Assembly: GCA_964385105.1 (NCBI GenBank)
Contig: CAYLMU010000001.1
Coordinates: 130,252-194,251 of the forward strand
Direction: 5' to 3'
DNA: 64,000 nucleotides
Source of the DNA: an uncultured Candidatus Saccharibacteria bacterium
GTDB taxonomy: Bacteria; Patescibacteriota; WWE3; UBA101185; UBA10185
The notes below the pieces were generated by a model. That model saw nothing but the letters and a program-made list of their open reading frames with translations, searched no databases and had not been told where the DNA came from. The first letter of the stretch is position 1. Each line of letters begins with the position of its first letter. This document shows, one piece after another, positions 28,847 through 38,423 of this stretch. A program made the position numbers and the translations under genes.

Positions 28847-30577
28847 TTATTCCTTGTCAGTTTCATGGGATAAATATATTTTTTTTATGTCTTTCGCAGT
28901 ATAACCGTTTTTTTGCCATACAGTGTAGGTTGCTAACATTTTAATGCTCATTTGATTATTAAATGCTTCTTGTTGGGTTGTTTTCAACCTCCTTTGGAAG
29001 TAGTCAAACATGAATTGATATCTAAGTGGGGAAAGAGCATGTAATGTTGCTGGGTTTGTCACAAAAAGTCTAAAGGTGTCTGAGAAATCTTCTATTTTTC
29101 CTCTTGATTCGCTGTCTTTTCTTGCATAATTAACATACCAAGTAATAGCAGTATTATCTTCCTCCATTACCACTTCCCAGGCTCGCATTTCATCATACCT
29201 CATCATATGATGAGCATTATGCCCAAACTCATGCCACACAGTATCCATAAAGTCCGATCTGATTAATTCTCTCTGTAGCTCGTCTGCATTTTCTGGTGCA
29301 AATAGTTCACGATAAATTTCTATATCTGCAGAAACAAGGGTTTTGTCTTCAAACACAGGTACATATCTACCCATAGTTTCAACGGTCGGGTCATCTTTGG
29401 GAGATTTTTCCGGTCGAGGTTTATGACTTAAATTTCTTAAACCTTGAATGAAATCGGGAGGAAGTAATGTTCGTACTTCCTGGAGAATATCTTCAGGTGT
29501 TATAACAGCTACTAGACCTTCAGGTGGTGTAAAGCCATCAAACCTTACCTCATTAACTGATACATCAGTTTCTAATAAATCGATTCTTTGGCGATCTTGT
29601 CTTAAAGTTTCTTCAGTTGGTGGCAGGTGACCTAAACGTCTGTGTTTTTCAACAGCTTTGTTAATATATTTAGCAGCCGCTGCAATAAATTCCGGGTCAA
29701 AACCTATTTCTCTGAAATTCTCAAAAAACTCATACTCCTCATCATCCGCTTCTTCCCTATTTCTTTCAATGCTTAATACATTTTGTACTCTAGCTAACGC
29801 AAGATCAAACGGATACCAGGATGACAAAGTGTGCTGATAAACGGCTCGTAGTCTATTGTAACTTTCCAGCTGTTCCATAACGTTATTTACATAAGTCACC
29901 ACCTCCATACGATAATCTTCCATCTGTACTAATTCCTGACCACTTTCAAAATTTCTAATTGGCTCATCATCAAGAAACCCTTTTTCCTTCCATCTTTTCG
30001 CGTAAGCTGCAAGTGTTCTACAATGAAAATCATAATTGTGGAAATTTCTTTGACTGTCACTGGTTGTTGCAATATCATGTTGATATCTTCTCAATTCATA
30101 AATTTCTCTAGCAGTAGTATCGAGAAGTTCGACATGACCGTCAGGGTCACGGTTTTTTTCATCAAAATATTCAAAAACTGCATCATAATTTAATCTTTCG
30201 GATAAGTTTTGTATCATATTTTGATAATCTTCTCTTCTGTATGGTGTCATTTCAGTTTCGAGTCTTTGTTGTTGTGCGTTAAGTTTTTTAAACTCTTGCA
30301 TTGCACGTCTTACTCTATTTGCTATAGGTAACATTTTGTATGGCACAAGTTCATCAAATATATCATTACTGATTTCTTCTTCAGCTAATCGACTTGATAG
30401 TTCGTCTATAATCAGCTTGTCTCTTTCGGGTAGCTCCTCGATATCATCTCTTAAAGGATTTAATGCTTCGTCAAATTCAGTAAAGGTTTGTTCTAGAGCG
30501 CGCATATCAGCTTCGATATCCTCACGTGGGCGTGTGGGTAAGGTTTCATTATCGGAATTCTTTTCATCGGTGGTCAC
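28847..30577 (-). CDS. HEXXH zinc-metallopeptidase-like protein (576 aa; possibly M3/oligoendopeptidase-F-like)
   Basis: WHEFGHNAHHMMRY motif. Acidic coiled-coil N-terminus, no TM. Confidence 0.45.
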   Translation of the reverse strand: MTTDEKNSDNETLPTRPREDIEADMRALEQTFTEFDEALNPLRDDIEELPERDKLIIDELSSRLAEEEISNDIFDELVPYKMLPIANRVRRAMQEFKKLNAQQQRLETEMTPYRREDYQNMIQNLSERLNYDAVFEYFDEKNRDPDGHVELLDTTAREIYELRRYQHDIATTSDSQRNFHNYDFHCRTLAAYAKRWKEKGFLDDEPIRNFESGQELVQMEDYRMEVVTYVNNVMEQLESYNRLRAVYQHTLSSWYPFDLALARVQNVLSIERNREEADDEEYEFFENFREIGFDPEFIAAAAKYINKAVEKHRRLGHLPPTEETLRQDRQRIDLLETDVSVNEVRFDGFTPPEGLVAVITPEDILQEVRTLLPPDFIQGLRNLSHKPRPEKSPKDDPTVETMGRYVPVFEDKTLVSADIEIYRELFAPENADELQRELIRSDFMDTVWHEFGHNAHHMMRYDEMRAWEVVMEEDNTAITWYVNYARKDSESRGKIEDFSDTFRLFVTNPATLHALSPLRYQFMFDYFQRRLKTTQQEAFNNQMSIKMLATYTVWQKNGYTAKDIKKIYLSHETDKE

Positions 30578-30782
30578 TTTTTTATTTTAACACCGTAAAG
30601 ATATAGCTCGATAGCATCTTGTTAAGTTTTAAGCGTTAGAACGAGTACTCAATTGTTATATCTTAAAAAAAGCGGCTATTACCCGTTGGATGGTATCCGT
30701 TTTTCCTCTGGTCGACTATAGTTGATGATCTTCGCAACTATTTTATGACCCTTAAAGAACTTGTTTATATTCTTTATTTTGC

Positions 30783-32039
30783 TTAAGTTACTTCTTCCCA
30801 GACGAAATAATTGGTTTTCCTGGGTTGATCTTCGGTATATCCTTCAGGTTTATAAGGAACTTTTTTGCCGTTAATTTCATAATGAGTGCAAACCTTAATA
30901 TTTTCATTTTCTCTTGCGATATCTAGATGTGTAAATCCAGCATGGCTTATGCCCGATACAAAAGTGTTGTATTTTAAAAATGGTAAGTCGATATAGCAAA
31001 TGTCACGAGGTCGACTTGTTGTTGTACCGTATTCATGTGCTGTATCACGTACCCATTGAGCCCACTCGTTGTTAACTTGTGTAGGCATTGTTCTGGCTCC
31101 TACGCTTGACATATAGGTTGCTTTTAGAATTCCTATTGTTTGCTCAATGTTTGTTGGTTTCCAATATCGAGTGCCATATAAAATGGCAAATGATGTGGTA
31201 GGAGTTGTTGTCATATCACCTCGAGTTCCAAACCACGGGTCAAGACCTGCAGCTTGTGCCAACTCAAAAATCACTCCTGCTTTCTCATCATTGAATATTT
31301 TTTCATGAAGCAAAAAAGTATCTTTTACAATGTTTTTTTCCAGCAGCCGGTGGCGGGTTTCTTCAAGTCGAGCTAAAAACTCTTTTTTTGTGCCAATTTT
31401 ACGAGTGCAGCTTTTTTGTTGTAGTTTTGTTTGATTAAAGTCCGGAACGTCAATGTCTTTAAGCTCCATGTCATATGCGTTAAAAAGTTTTTGCATATTT
31501 TCGTATTTTTTATTTAAAACTTCTTTCCAATCATCCGCAACTAGATTTTTTACAAATAAACCTGTTTTGTCGTAGTATTCAGCTGTAGTTGGGCCAATGC
31601 CGCGTCCGGTGCCTCCTTTTGCATTACCGCTTAATGTACGATTTAATACTTCTTTTGCACGGTGCAGGTCTGTATTTAACATTGCATCGCCAGATAATAT
31701 AACCCGGTCACTAAACTTTCCTACCTTTTCTTCCACATAGTCTATTTCATCAAGCAAATCTTCTACGTTTAACACCATTCCCGCATCTAAAACCTCTATA
31801 GCTTCATCATAAAAAACTCCCGATGGAAGCTGATGGAGTCCCAAACGAACATTATCTTTTTCAACCGTATGGCCTGCATTATTTCCTCCCTGGCATCGTA
31901 TAACATAAATTTTTGAAAGTTTTTTGTTGGTTAAATAGTTTTTAATTATATTGTCTACAATTCGTCCCTTGCCTTCATCGCCAAGTTGTAATCCCATTAC
32001 AGCTGCAGAGTTTTTTCGAATAGAATTTGATGGATTCAT
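30783..32039 (-). CDS. purA: adenylosuccinate synthetase
   Basis: GLQLGDEGKGRIVD P-loop signature of PurA. Confidence 0.85.
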   Translation of the reverse strand: MNPSNSIRKNSAAVMGLQLGDEGKGRIVDNIIKNYLTNKKLSKIYVIRCQGGNNAGHTVEKDNVRLGLHQLPSGVFYDEAIEVLDAGMVLNVEDLLDEIDYVEEKVGKFSDRVILSGDAMLNTDLHRAKEVLNRTLSGNAKGGTGRGIGPTTAEYYDKTGLFVKNLVADDWKEVLNKKYENMQKLFNAYDMELKDIDVPDFNQTKLQQKSCTRKIGTKKEFLARLEETRHRLLEKNIVKDTFLLHEKIFNDEKAGVIFELAQAAGLDPWFGTRGDMTTTPTTSFAILYGTRYWKPTNIEQTIGILKATYMSSVGARTMPTQVNNEWAQWVRDTAHEYGTTTSRPRDICYIDLPFLKYNTFVSGISHAGFTHLDIARENENIKVCTHYEINGKKVPYKPEGYTEDQPRKTNYFVWEEVT

Positions 32040-32134
32040 TTTATCCTGTTACAAATTAACACACCCAATTAACAATCACAATTAAATAGTTTTATTGAAA
32101 TGCTTTATACTAATGTATATACTTCAACTTATTT

Positions 32135-32365
32135 ATGAACAAACTTAAGTGGCTAAGAAGACATTGGAAACTGGTTTTGGCAGTAATTTATGTACTGTCA
32201 CCTGTAGATATTATTCCGGAGGCAATTGTGGGCCCGTTAGGAATACCGGATGATATTTTGGTGGTTCTTGGCGCTGTTGTCAGTTATATAAAAGAAAAGC
32301 GTGAACAGGATAAAATTAGGTTTGACGCAGAAGGTGAAGTGTTTGAGGGTGAGGTTGAGGAGTAA
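32135..32365 (+). CDS. DUF1232 (YkvA-like) small membrane protein
   Basis: YVLSPVDIIPEAIVGPLGIPDD motif. Confidence 0.6.
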   Translation: MNKLKWLRRHWKLVLAVIYVLSPVDIIPEAIVGPLGIPDDILVVLGAVVSYIKEKREQDKIRFDAEGEVFEGEVEE

Positions 32366-32367
32366 AT

Positions 32368-34647
32368 ATGCCGGTTCAAATGCCAAAAAGGTATAGCCAC
32401 AAAGAATCTGAGCCCAGAATTTACAAAATGTGGGAAGATGGAGATTATTTTAAAGCTCATGTTGACGAAACCAAAGAACCGTTTACCATTATTTTGCCCC
32501 CTCCAAATGCAAGCGGTAAAATGCACACGGGAAATGTTCTCATGCTCGCAATCGAAGATTTATTAATACGTTGGAAAAGAATGCAGGGCTATAACGCACT
32601 TTGGATTCCCGGAACTGATCATGCAGGAATAGAAACTCAAGTAACTTTTGAACGAGAACTTAACAAAGAAGGTAAGTCTCGGCTGGATTTTGACCGCAAC
32701 ACGCTATATAAAAAAATCTGGGATTTTGTTCACAAAAATAAAAGCAATATTGAAGGGCAAATTAGAAGCATGGGCGCAAGTGTTGATTGGAGCAGGTACA
32801 AATTTACTTTGGATGAAAGCTCAATTACCACTACGACTGACACTTTTAAAAAACTCCACGATGAAGGTTTGATTTACAGAGATGAATATTTGGTAAATTA
32901 TTGCCCGATTTGCGGTTCAACTTATGCAGACGTTGAGCTAAAGCATGAACAAAGGCAAACTCCTATGTATTACATAAAATATAAACTGGTTGAACCTAAT
33001 GGCAATGACCCTGAGTTTTTAACGGTTGCCACAACAAGACCTGAACCGATTTTTGTTGATACACATGTGGCTGTGAATCCTGATGATAAATCAAAGAGTA
33101 AGTTTATTGGTAGAAAAGTCTTAAATCCGTTGACCGGTGCTGAGATGGAAGTTGTTGCAGATGAATTTGTAGACCCCGAATTTGGCACGGGTGTGGTTAA
33201 AATGACACCTGCACACGACAAGAATGATTTTGAGGCGGCAAAAAAGCACAATATACCAATAATTTCTGCTTTTGATTTAAACGGCAAGGTAAATGAAAGA
33301 GGCGGTGAACTTGCCGGATTATCTATTAAAAATGCTCGTGAACGAGCTGTTGAAATAATTAAAGAAAAAGGTTTGTTGGAAAAAATTGATGAAGTTTATG
33401 AAAACACAACAGCTTTGTGTAAAGGCGGCCATGTTATCGAACCTATGGTTTTGCCAAACTGGTTTGTAAAAATTGATACACTAAAAAAACCGGCACACGA
33501 TGTTGTTAAAGAGGGCAAAGTTAAGATCTACCCTGAATGGCAAGAAGTAAAATACCATAGATGGATGGAAGAAATGCATGATTGGGCAATTTCAAGGCAG
33601 GTGGTGTGGGGAATTAGGATGCCTGTTTGGTACGACATTAACTTAAATCCTGATTTAACCGTCACATTTTTGTCAAAAGACAAAAGTGTGAAAGCTGGAA
33701 AAATAAGCGAATTATTAAAGGAACATTCTTTAGATGAAATTAAAGAAGGCTTGCAGGTGTTGTTTGCTCCGGTAACAGCACAGTACTCGATTGGTAGAGA
33801 ATCACCGGGCGAACAGTTTTTGCAAGAAACAGATACTTTTGATACCTGGTTTTCGTCCGGGCAGTGGCCGTTAATATTATTAAACTACCCTGAATCAGAA
33901 GATTTTAAATACTTTTACCCCACAAGTGTGCTTGAAACAGGCTGGGAAATATTAAGGTTGTGGGTGTCGCGAATGATTATGTTTGGAATTTACTTAACGG
34001 GGGAGGTGCCGTTTAGGGAAGTGTATTTGCATGGATTAGTTTATGCAATAGACGGTAGAAAAATGAGTAAAAGTTTAGGTAACGTTGTAAATCCTGAGGA
34101 ATACCAGGAAGAATTTGGAACAGATGCTTTGAGAATGGGTTTAATTGCAGGAACTGCCACCGGCCAGGACTTTAATTTTCCGCATGATCGTGTGGTGGCA
34201 TATAGAAATTTTGCCAACAAAATCTGGAATATGGCACGTTTTATGTTAATGATGTTTGATAATTTTGAAGAATCGGGTGCAAAAGTTTTAGAATTTAATG
34301 AAATTAATAAGAATTCTCTACATGAGAAAGATTTATATGTATTGAAAGAATTAAATAATCTAATAAACACAACAAATTCTAATCTTGAAAAATATAGATT
34401 TGCCGACGCGGGAAATGATATTTATCATTTTATGTGGGATTTACTGGCATCAGATTACATTGAGCACGTAAAAGAGCGTGAAGATAAAGAAGTAGCGTTA
34501 GGTGTTTTAAAATATGTTTACTTAAATTCACTTAAACTATTACACCCTTTTATGCCCTTTGTAACCGAGGAAATATGGAATTTAATTCCTAAAGATGTAG
34601 TTGAACCTTTAATTGCTGCAAAATGGCCAGAAACTGGTGAATTTTAA
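32368..34647 (+). CDS. valS: valyl-tRNA synthetase (short, no C-terminal coiled coil)
   Basis: PPPNASGKMHTGN (HIGH region), GTDHAGIETQ, KMSKSLGN. Confidence 0.85.
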   Translation: MPVQMPKRYSHKESEPRIYKMWEDGDYFKAHVDETKEPFTIILPPPNASGKMHTGNVLMLAIEDLLIRWKRMQGYNALWIPGTDHAGIETQVTFERELNKEGKSRLDFDRNTLYKKIWDFVHKNKSNIEGQIRSMGASVDWSRYKFTLDESSITTTTDTFKKLHDEGLIYRDEYLVNYCPICGSTYADVELKHEQRQTPMYYIKYKLVEPNGNDPEFLTVATTRPEPIFVDTHVAVNPDDKSKSKFIGRKVLNPLTGAEMEVVADEFVDPEFGTGVVKMTPAHDKNDFEAAKKHNIPIISAFDLNGKVNERGGELAGLSIKNARERAVEIIKEKGLLEKIDEVYENTTALCKGGHVIEPMVLPNWFVKIDTLKKPAHDVVKEGKVKIYPEWQEVKYHRWMEEMHDWAISRQVVWGIRMPVWYDINLNPDLTVTFLSKDKSVKAGKISELLKEHSLDEIKEGLQVLFAPVTAQYSIGRESPGEQFLQETDTFDTWFSSGQWPLILLNYPESEDFKYFYPTSVLETGWEILRLWVSRMIMFGIYLTGEVPFREVYLHGLVYAIDGRKMSKSLGNVVNPEEYQEEFGTDALRMGLIAGTATGQDFNFPHDRVVAYRNFANKIWNMARFMLMMFDNFEESGAKVLEFNEINKNSLHEKDLYVLKELNNLINTTNSNLEKYRFADAGNDIYHFMWDLLASDYIEHVKEREDKEVALGVLKYVYLNSLKLLHPFMPFVTEEIWNLIPKDVVEPLIAAKWPETGEF

Positions 34648-34655
34648 AATGAATT

Positions 34656-35462
34656 TTAATTAACTTTTGACTTAAAATCATACCTCTTTTGATAATCATG
34701 ACCAAAAAGTTCTTCAAAACTTTTTGAATTGGATTTATTGTAAATGCCGTTTGCAGTGCGGGTTATTGATAAAATAAATCCGATTTTATTTAAACTTTTT
34801 GATATATCTTGTGATAGTGAACGAACATACAAACCTTTTGACATATTTACCATGATTTTTGCAACACATATTGTTTGTTTGGGGTAATCGTTTAATAAAT
34901 CCATCCATCTCTGTTTCACTTCTTTTTGTCTTAAATCACCAGATACCCGGTCGATTTTATTTAAAATTTGAGTGGTAAGCTCATTTATAGTTACAATTCT
35001 TGTATCTAAAAGCTTAATATTATTAATATTACCAGAACGTTGCGGTAAATTAATTTCATCAAGTAAATTGTTTCTTGCATACCAATGAAGCGGCTTACCT
35101 TTTATTTTTATTGCAGAGTAAGGTGGTACTGTTTGTTCATATTTTCCAGCAAATTGCTTAAGTTTATTATTTAAGGTGGTTTCTGAGACTTTCTCATTTG
35201 AGAAATCTGTTGCAACAATTAAACCTAGCCCGTCATATGTATCAGTACTTATGCCAAAAGCAATTTCAAACTCGTATTCTTTTTCCCACGCGGCAAATTC
35301 ATATTTTTTATGTCTTTCTTCACCAAGTAAAACAATTATTACTCCCTCTGCCATTGGGTCAAGTGTACCTGTATGAGAAGTTTTGACCCCATATTTTTCT
35401 GATACTTTTTTGGCGATAATATGCGTTGAATAACCTACAGGTTGCCATATTGGTAAAATCAT
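34656..35462 (-). CDS. truB: tRNA pseudouridine(55) synthase TruB
   Basis: SHTGTLDPMAEGVIIVLLG catalytic motif. Confidence 0.85.
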   Translation of the reverse strand: MILPIWQPVGYSTHIIAKKVSEKYGVKTSHTGTLDPMAEGVIIVLLGEERHKKYEFAAWEKEYEFEIAFGISTDTYDGLGLIVATDFSNEKVSETTLNNKLKQFAGKYEQTVPPYSAIKIKGKPLHWYARNNLLDEINLPQRSGNINNIKLLDTRIVTINELTTQILNKIDRVSGDLRQKEVKQRWMDLLNDYPKQTICVAKIMVNMSKGLYVRSLSQDISKSLNKIGFILSITRTANGIYNKSNSKSFEELFGHDYQKRYDFKSKVN

Positions 35463-36113
35463 GTGTATATTCTAGCTATGATTATTGTAAAAGGAAATAA
35501 AAGTGAAGAAATGAACAAATCTCAGTTGACTAGTGTAATTGATGCTTTCAAAAATGTTCATGTAGATATTGGTACAGGTGACGGCAGATTTATATATAAA
35601 AATGCACTTAAAAACCCTGAAACTTTTTATATTGGTGTTGATCCAAGTCAAAAACAACTTGAGCTGTATTCAAAAAAAGTTCTGAAAAATAAATTGAATA
35701 ATGTGCTTTTTGTAGTTGGTTCAATTGAGCTTTTTCCTGATGAACTTTACGGTATTGCGAGTAAAATAACAATAATTTTGCCGTGGGGGAGTTTACTTGG
35801 TGCGGTTGTTAGTGCAGATGAATATTTGCTTAATATACTAAAAAAAACTTTAAAGCAAAACGGGTCGATGCAGATGCTATTTGGGTATTCGCAAGAAATA
35901 GAGCCTACTGAAACATCCAGGCTTGAATTGGAAAATCTTGATATAAATTATATAAACTCAATTTTATTGCCAAAATATGAGGTTAACGGATTTAACTGCG
36001 TACAAGTCAAAGAATTAGATAAAAGAGATTTAAAACATTTTGAATCAACATGGAGCAGGAAACTGGTTTTCGGTCAAAATCGTCCCATGTTTTTGGTAGA
36101 GTTTACCATTTAA
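35463..36113 (+). CDS. TrmB-like class I SAM-dependent methyltransferase (tRNA m7G46 MTase-like)
   Basis: VHVDIGTGDGRFIYKNALKNPETFYIGVD closely parallels the TrmB motif ...GTGKGQF...NP..NYIGIE. Confidence 0.5.
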   Translation: MYILAMIIVKGNKSEEMNKSQLTSVIDAFKNVHVDIGTGDGRFIYKNALKNPETFYIGVDPSQKQLELYSKKVLKNKLNNVLFVVGSIELFPDELYGIASKITIILPWGSLLGAVVSADEYLLNILKKTLKQNGSMQMLFGYSQEIEPTETSRLELENLDINYINSILLPKYEVNGFNCVQVKELDKRDLKHFESTWSRKLVFGQNRPMFLVEFTI

Positions 36114-36140
36114 AAACTTCTTGCTACACTTTAATAATAA

Positions 36141-37562
36141 ATGCCTGAACAATTGCCTATTGTAAATTCAAAAACAATAAAGCCTTTAGAAACAAAGCCT
36201 CTACCGCCTTCAATTTCTTTAAGAAGATTAATAGGTCCCAGTTTCATAATTTTAGGATTAGGTTTGGGAAGCGGTGAAATTATTTTATGGCCGTTTTTAA
36301 CATCAAACTATGGTATGGGAATCATTTGGGGTGCGGTTTTGGGTATAACATTTCAATTTTTTATGAATATGGAAATTGAACGTTATGCGCTTGCACGTGG
36401 TGAAAGCATATTTGTTGGATTTGCAAGAAAACTTAAAGCACTTCCAGTTTGGTTTTTAATTTCTACATTTTTACCGTGGATATGGCCTGGTATTGTTGCT
36501 GCTTCAGCTAAAATAATTGGTTCTTTATTTGGTATTGAAAAGACTCAATACATAGCAATCGGGTTTTTGATTTTAATGGGGCTAATTCTTTCGTTAGGGC
36601 CTGTTTTATACAAGACTGTTGAGACACTTCAAAAAATTTTAATATCCGTTGGAGTGCCTACCGTATTTTTGTTATCAATTATATTGGCACGCGGAGAACA
36701 TTTTGGAGCGCTTGCCCAAGGTTTACTTGGTTATGGTGATGGTTATAGATTTCTCCCCGCGGGAATTCCGATTGCCTCATTTTTAGCCGCTTTAGCGTAT
36801 GCGGGAGCCGGCGGGAATTTGAATTTAGCTCAATCATTTTATGCAAGAAACAAAGGTTATGGTATGGGAAAGTATGCTGGACAAATTACAAGTTTGTTTA
36901 CCGGCAAAAAGCAAAAAGTAGAACTGACCGGAGCAAGATTTGATATCACACCGGAAAACGTTTCAGAATTTAAAAAGTGGTGGAAAAACGTAAATATTGA
37001 ACATTTTATTGTATTTTGGCTTACAGGCTCTATCACAATAATTTTATTGGGTTTGTTGTCATATGTTACAACCTACGGTATATCCGAGGCCGCTTCAGGT
37101 ATTAATTTTGTGATTTTAGAGGGTCAGAGAATAGGTGAATTGCTATTTCCTGCAGCAGGAATATTCTTTTTACTTGTTGCCGGCATTACACTTTTTGGTA
37201 CACAACTCACCGTTTTTGATGCAACAAGCAGAATATTAACTGAAAACTTTTTACTGTTAAAAACTGGGAGAAAAACCCCCGATGTTCCTAAAATTTATTA
37301 TAGTGTACTGTGGTTGCAGATTCTTGCGGGAATAATTATTTTCTTGCTTGGATTTACTGAACCGTTACAGTTAATAATTATTGCAGCTGTACTTAACGCA
37401 TTTGCCATGTTTATTCATACTGGTTTAACGTTGTGGGTAAATTTGACATCTCTTGAAAATGAAATTAAGCCTTCAAAATTAAGAATTTTAGTTATGGTTA
37501 TGGCTTTTTTGTTTTACGGTGGATTTAGTGCTTACACAATTTATTCAAACGTGTTTAATTAA
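36141..37562 (+). CDS. NRAMP-like polytopic membrane transporter
   Basis: ~11 TM. GPSFIILGLGLGSGEI resembles the Nramp N-terminal motif. Confidence 0.4.
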   Translation: MPEQLPIVNSKTIKPLETKPLPPSISLRRLIGPSFIILGLGLGSGEIILWPFLTSNYGMGIIWGAVLGITFQFFMNMEIERYALARGESIFVGFARKLKALPVWFLISTFLPWIWPGIVAASAKIIGSLFGIEKTQYIAIGFLILMGLILSLGPVLYKTVETLQKILISVGVPTVFLLSIILARGEHFGALAQGLLGYGDGYRFLPAGIPIASFLAALAYAGAGGNLNLAQSFYARNKGYGMGKYAGQITSLFTGKKQKVELTGARFDITPENVSEFKKWWKNVNIEHFIVFWLTGSITIILLGLLSYVTTYGISEAASGINFVILEGQRIGELLFPAAGIFFLLVAGITLFGTQLTVFDATSRILTENFLLLKTGRKTPDVPKIYYSVLWLQILAGIIIFLLGFTEPLQLIIIAAVLNAFAMFIHTGLTLWVNLTSLENEIKPSKLRILVMVMAFLFYGGFSAYTIYSNVFN

Positions 37563-37620
37563 TAATCTATGGAATAAACGACAATGCACTCTTATAACAG
37601 AAAGTGCATTGCCATAAATA

Positions 37621-37956
37621 CTACATTTGAGTTGGCATATCAGTGGATTGTGTCACTGATGGGGTTGTACCTTCTTCAACAATAGTAACCTTTAGGCCAC
37701 CGGTTAATTTCACAACAAAATTCCACACTAAACCTCCAATAATACCGCCAATAAATCCCAAAACACCATAAAATATAGGCATCAGAATTATCATACCAAC
37801 ACCTAAACCCGCCGCGAAACCTCCTAAGTCTGAATTGGTACCTAAAGCCATTGTAATAAGCCCATAAGGTAGACCAATAATAAGACCCATTAAAGCCCCT
37901 ATCAACCCTTGTACTTTAGCTAAAGAAACAATATCAACATTTTTTATTATTTTCAT
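37621..37956 (-). CDS. small glycine-rich membrane protein
   Basis: Three TM helices, G-rich. Confidence 0.4.
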   Translation of the reverse strand: MKIIKNVDIVSLAKVQGLIGALMGLIIGLPYGLITMALGTNSDLGGFAAGLGVGMIILMPIFYGVLGFIGGIIGGLVWNFVVKLTGGLKVTIVEEGTTPSVTQSTDMPTQM

Positions 37957-38061
37957 TTTTTTTCACCTCCTTAGTACTTTTAACTTTATTGTTTAATTTT
38001 TTCATGATTTAGCGGTTTTGTCACTTTTAACCTTGCAGGTGATAAAATAACAAAGTGTTAT

Positions 38062-38138
38062 CGGGGTGTGGCGCAGTTGGCTAGCGCGTTCGCATGGGGT
38101 GCGAGAGGTCGCAGGTTCAAGTCCTGTCACCCCGACCA
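38062..38138 (+). tRNA. tRNA-Pro (anticodon GGG)
   Basis: CGGGGTGTGGCGCAGTTGGCTAGCGCGTTCGCATGGGGTGCGAGAGGTCGCAGGTTCAAGTCCTGTCACCCCGACCA. Confidence 0.8.
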
Positions 38139-38145
38139 GGATAGT

Positions 38146-38174
38146 TGACACAGCAACAAACTTGTCTTAACATT
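38146..38174 (+). promoter_or_regulatory. sigma70-like promoter TTGACA-N17-TAACAT immediately after tRNA-Pro
   Basis: Consensus -35, 17-nt spacer. Transcript would run to the terminator at 38301-38324 (~140 nt). Confidence 0.4.
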
Positions 38175-38300
38175 TACTCACTATGCCAAGTAAAAGCATA
38201 AACAGACATCACTATAGGTGGCATGTTAGGACGTTACCAAGCGGGTCTGTTGAGTTGATGCTTATTTCATAATAGTAAAAACAAAACATATTTTTTAAAC

Positions 38301-38324
38301 AAACCCGCTTCGGCGGGTTTTTTT
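38301..38324 (+). terminator. intrinsic terminator cccgc-UUCG-gcggg + T7
   Basis: aaacccgcttcggcgggttttttt. Confidence 0.7.
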
Positions 38325-38338
38325 GTACCTTGAAAATT

Positions 38339-38395
38339 CTATCCTTTAGAACAAGTAGCACTTCAAAATTGGAGTTCTACTTCACTCTAAAGGAT
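38339..38395 (+). repeat. 57-nt imperfect hairpin (11-bp perfect IR TATCCTTTAGA/TCTAAAGGATA) in the 5' leader of the 479-aa ORF
   Basis: Outer 11-bp inverted repeat plus inner AAGTAG/CTACTT stem. RBS aaggagaa follows. Confidence 0.5.
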
Positions 38396-38423
38396 AACAG
38401 TTTAAACACACAAGGAGAAAAGA

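Noticed and set aside
38175-38330. SRP/4.5S or 6S RNA downstream of tRNA-Pro
   Set aside because: No GGAAGCAGCC-type domain IV motif and no 6S-like central bubble are recognisable. Kept only as an unclassified short-transcript candidate.
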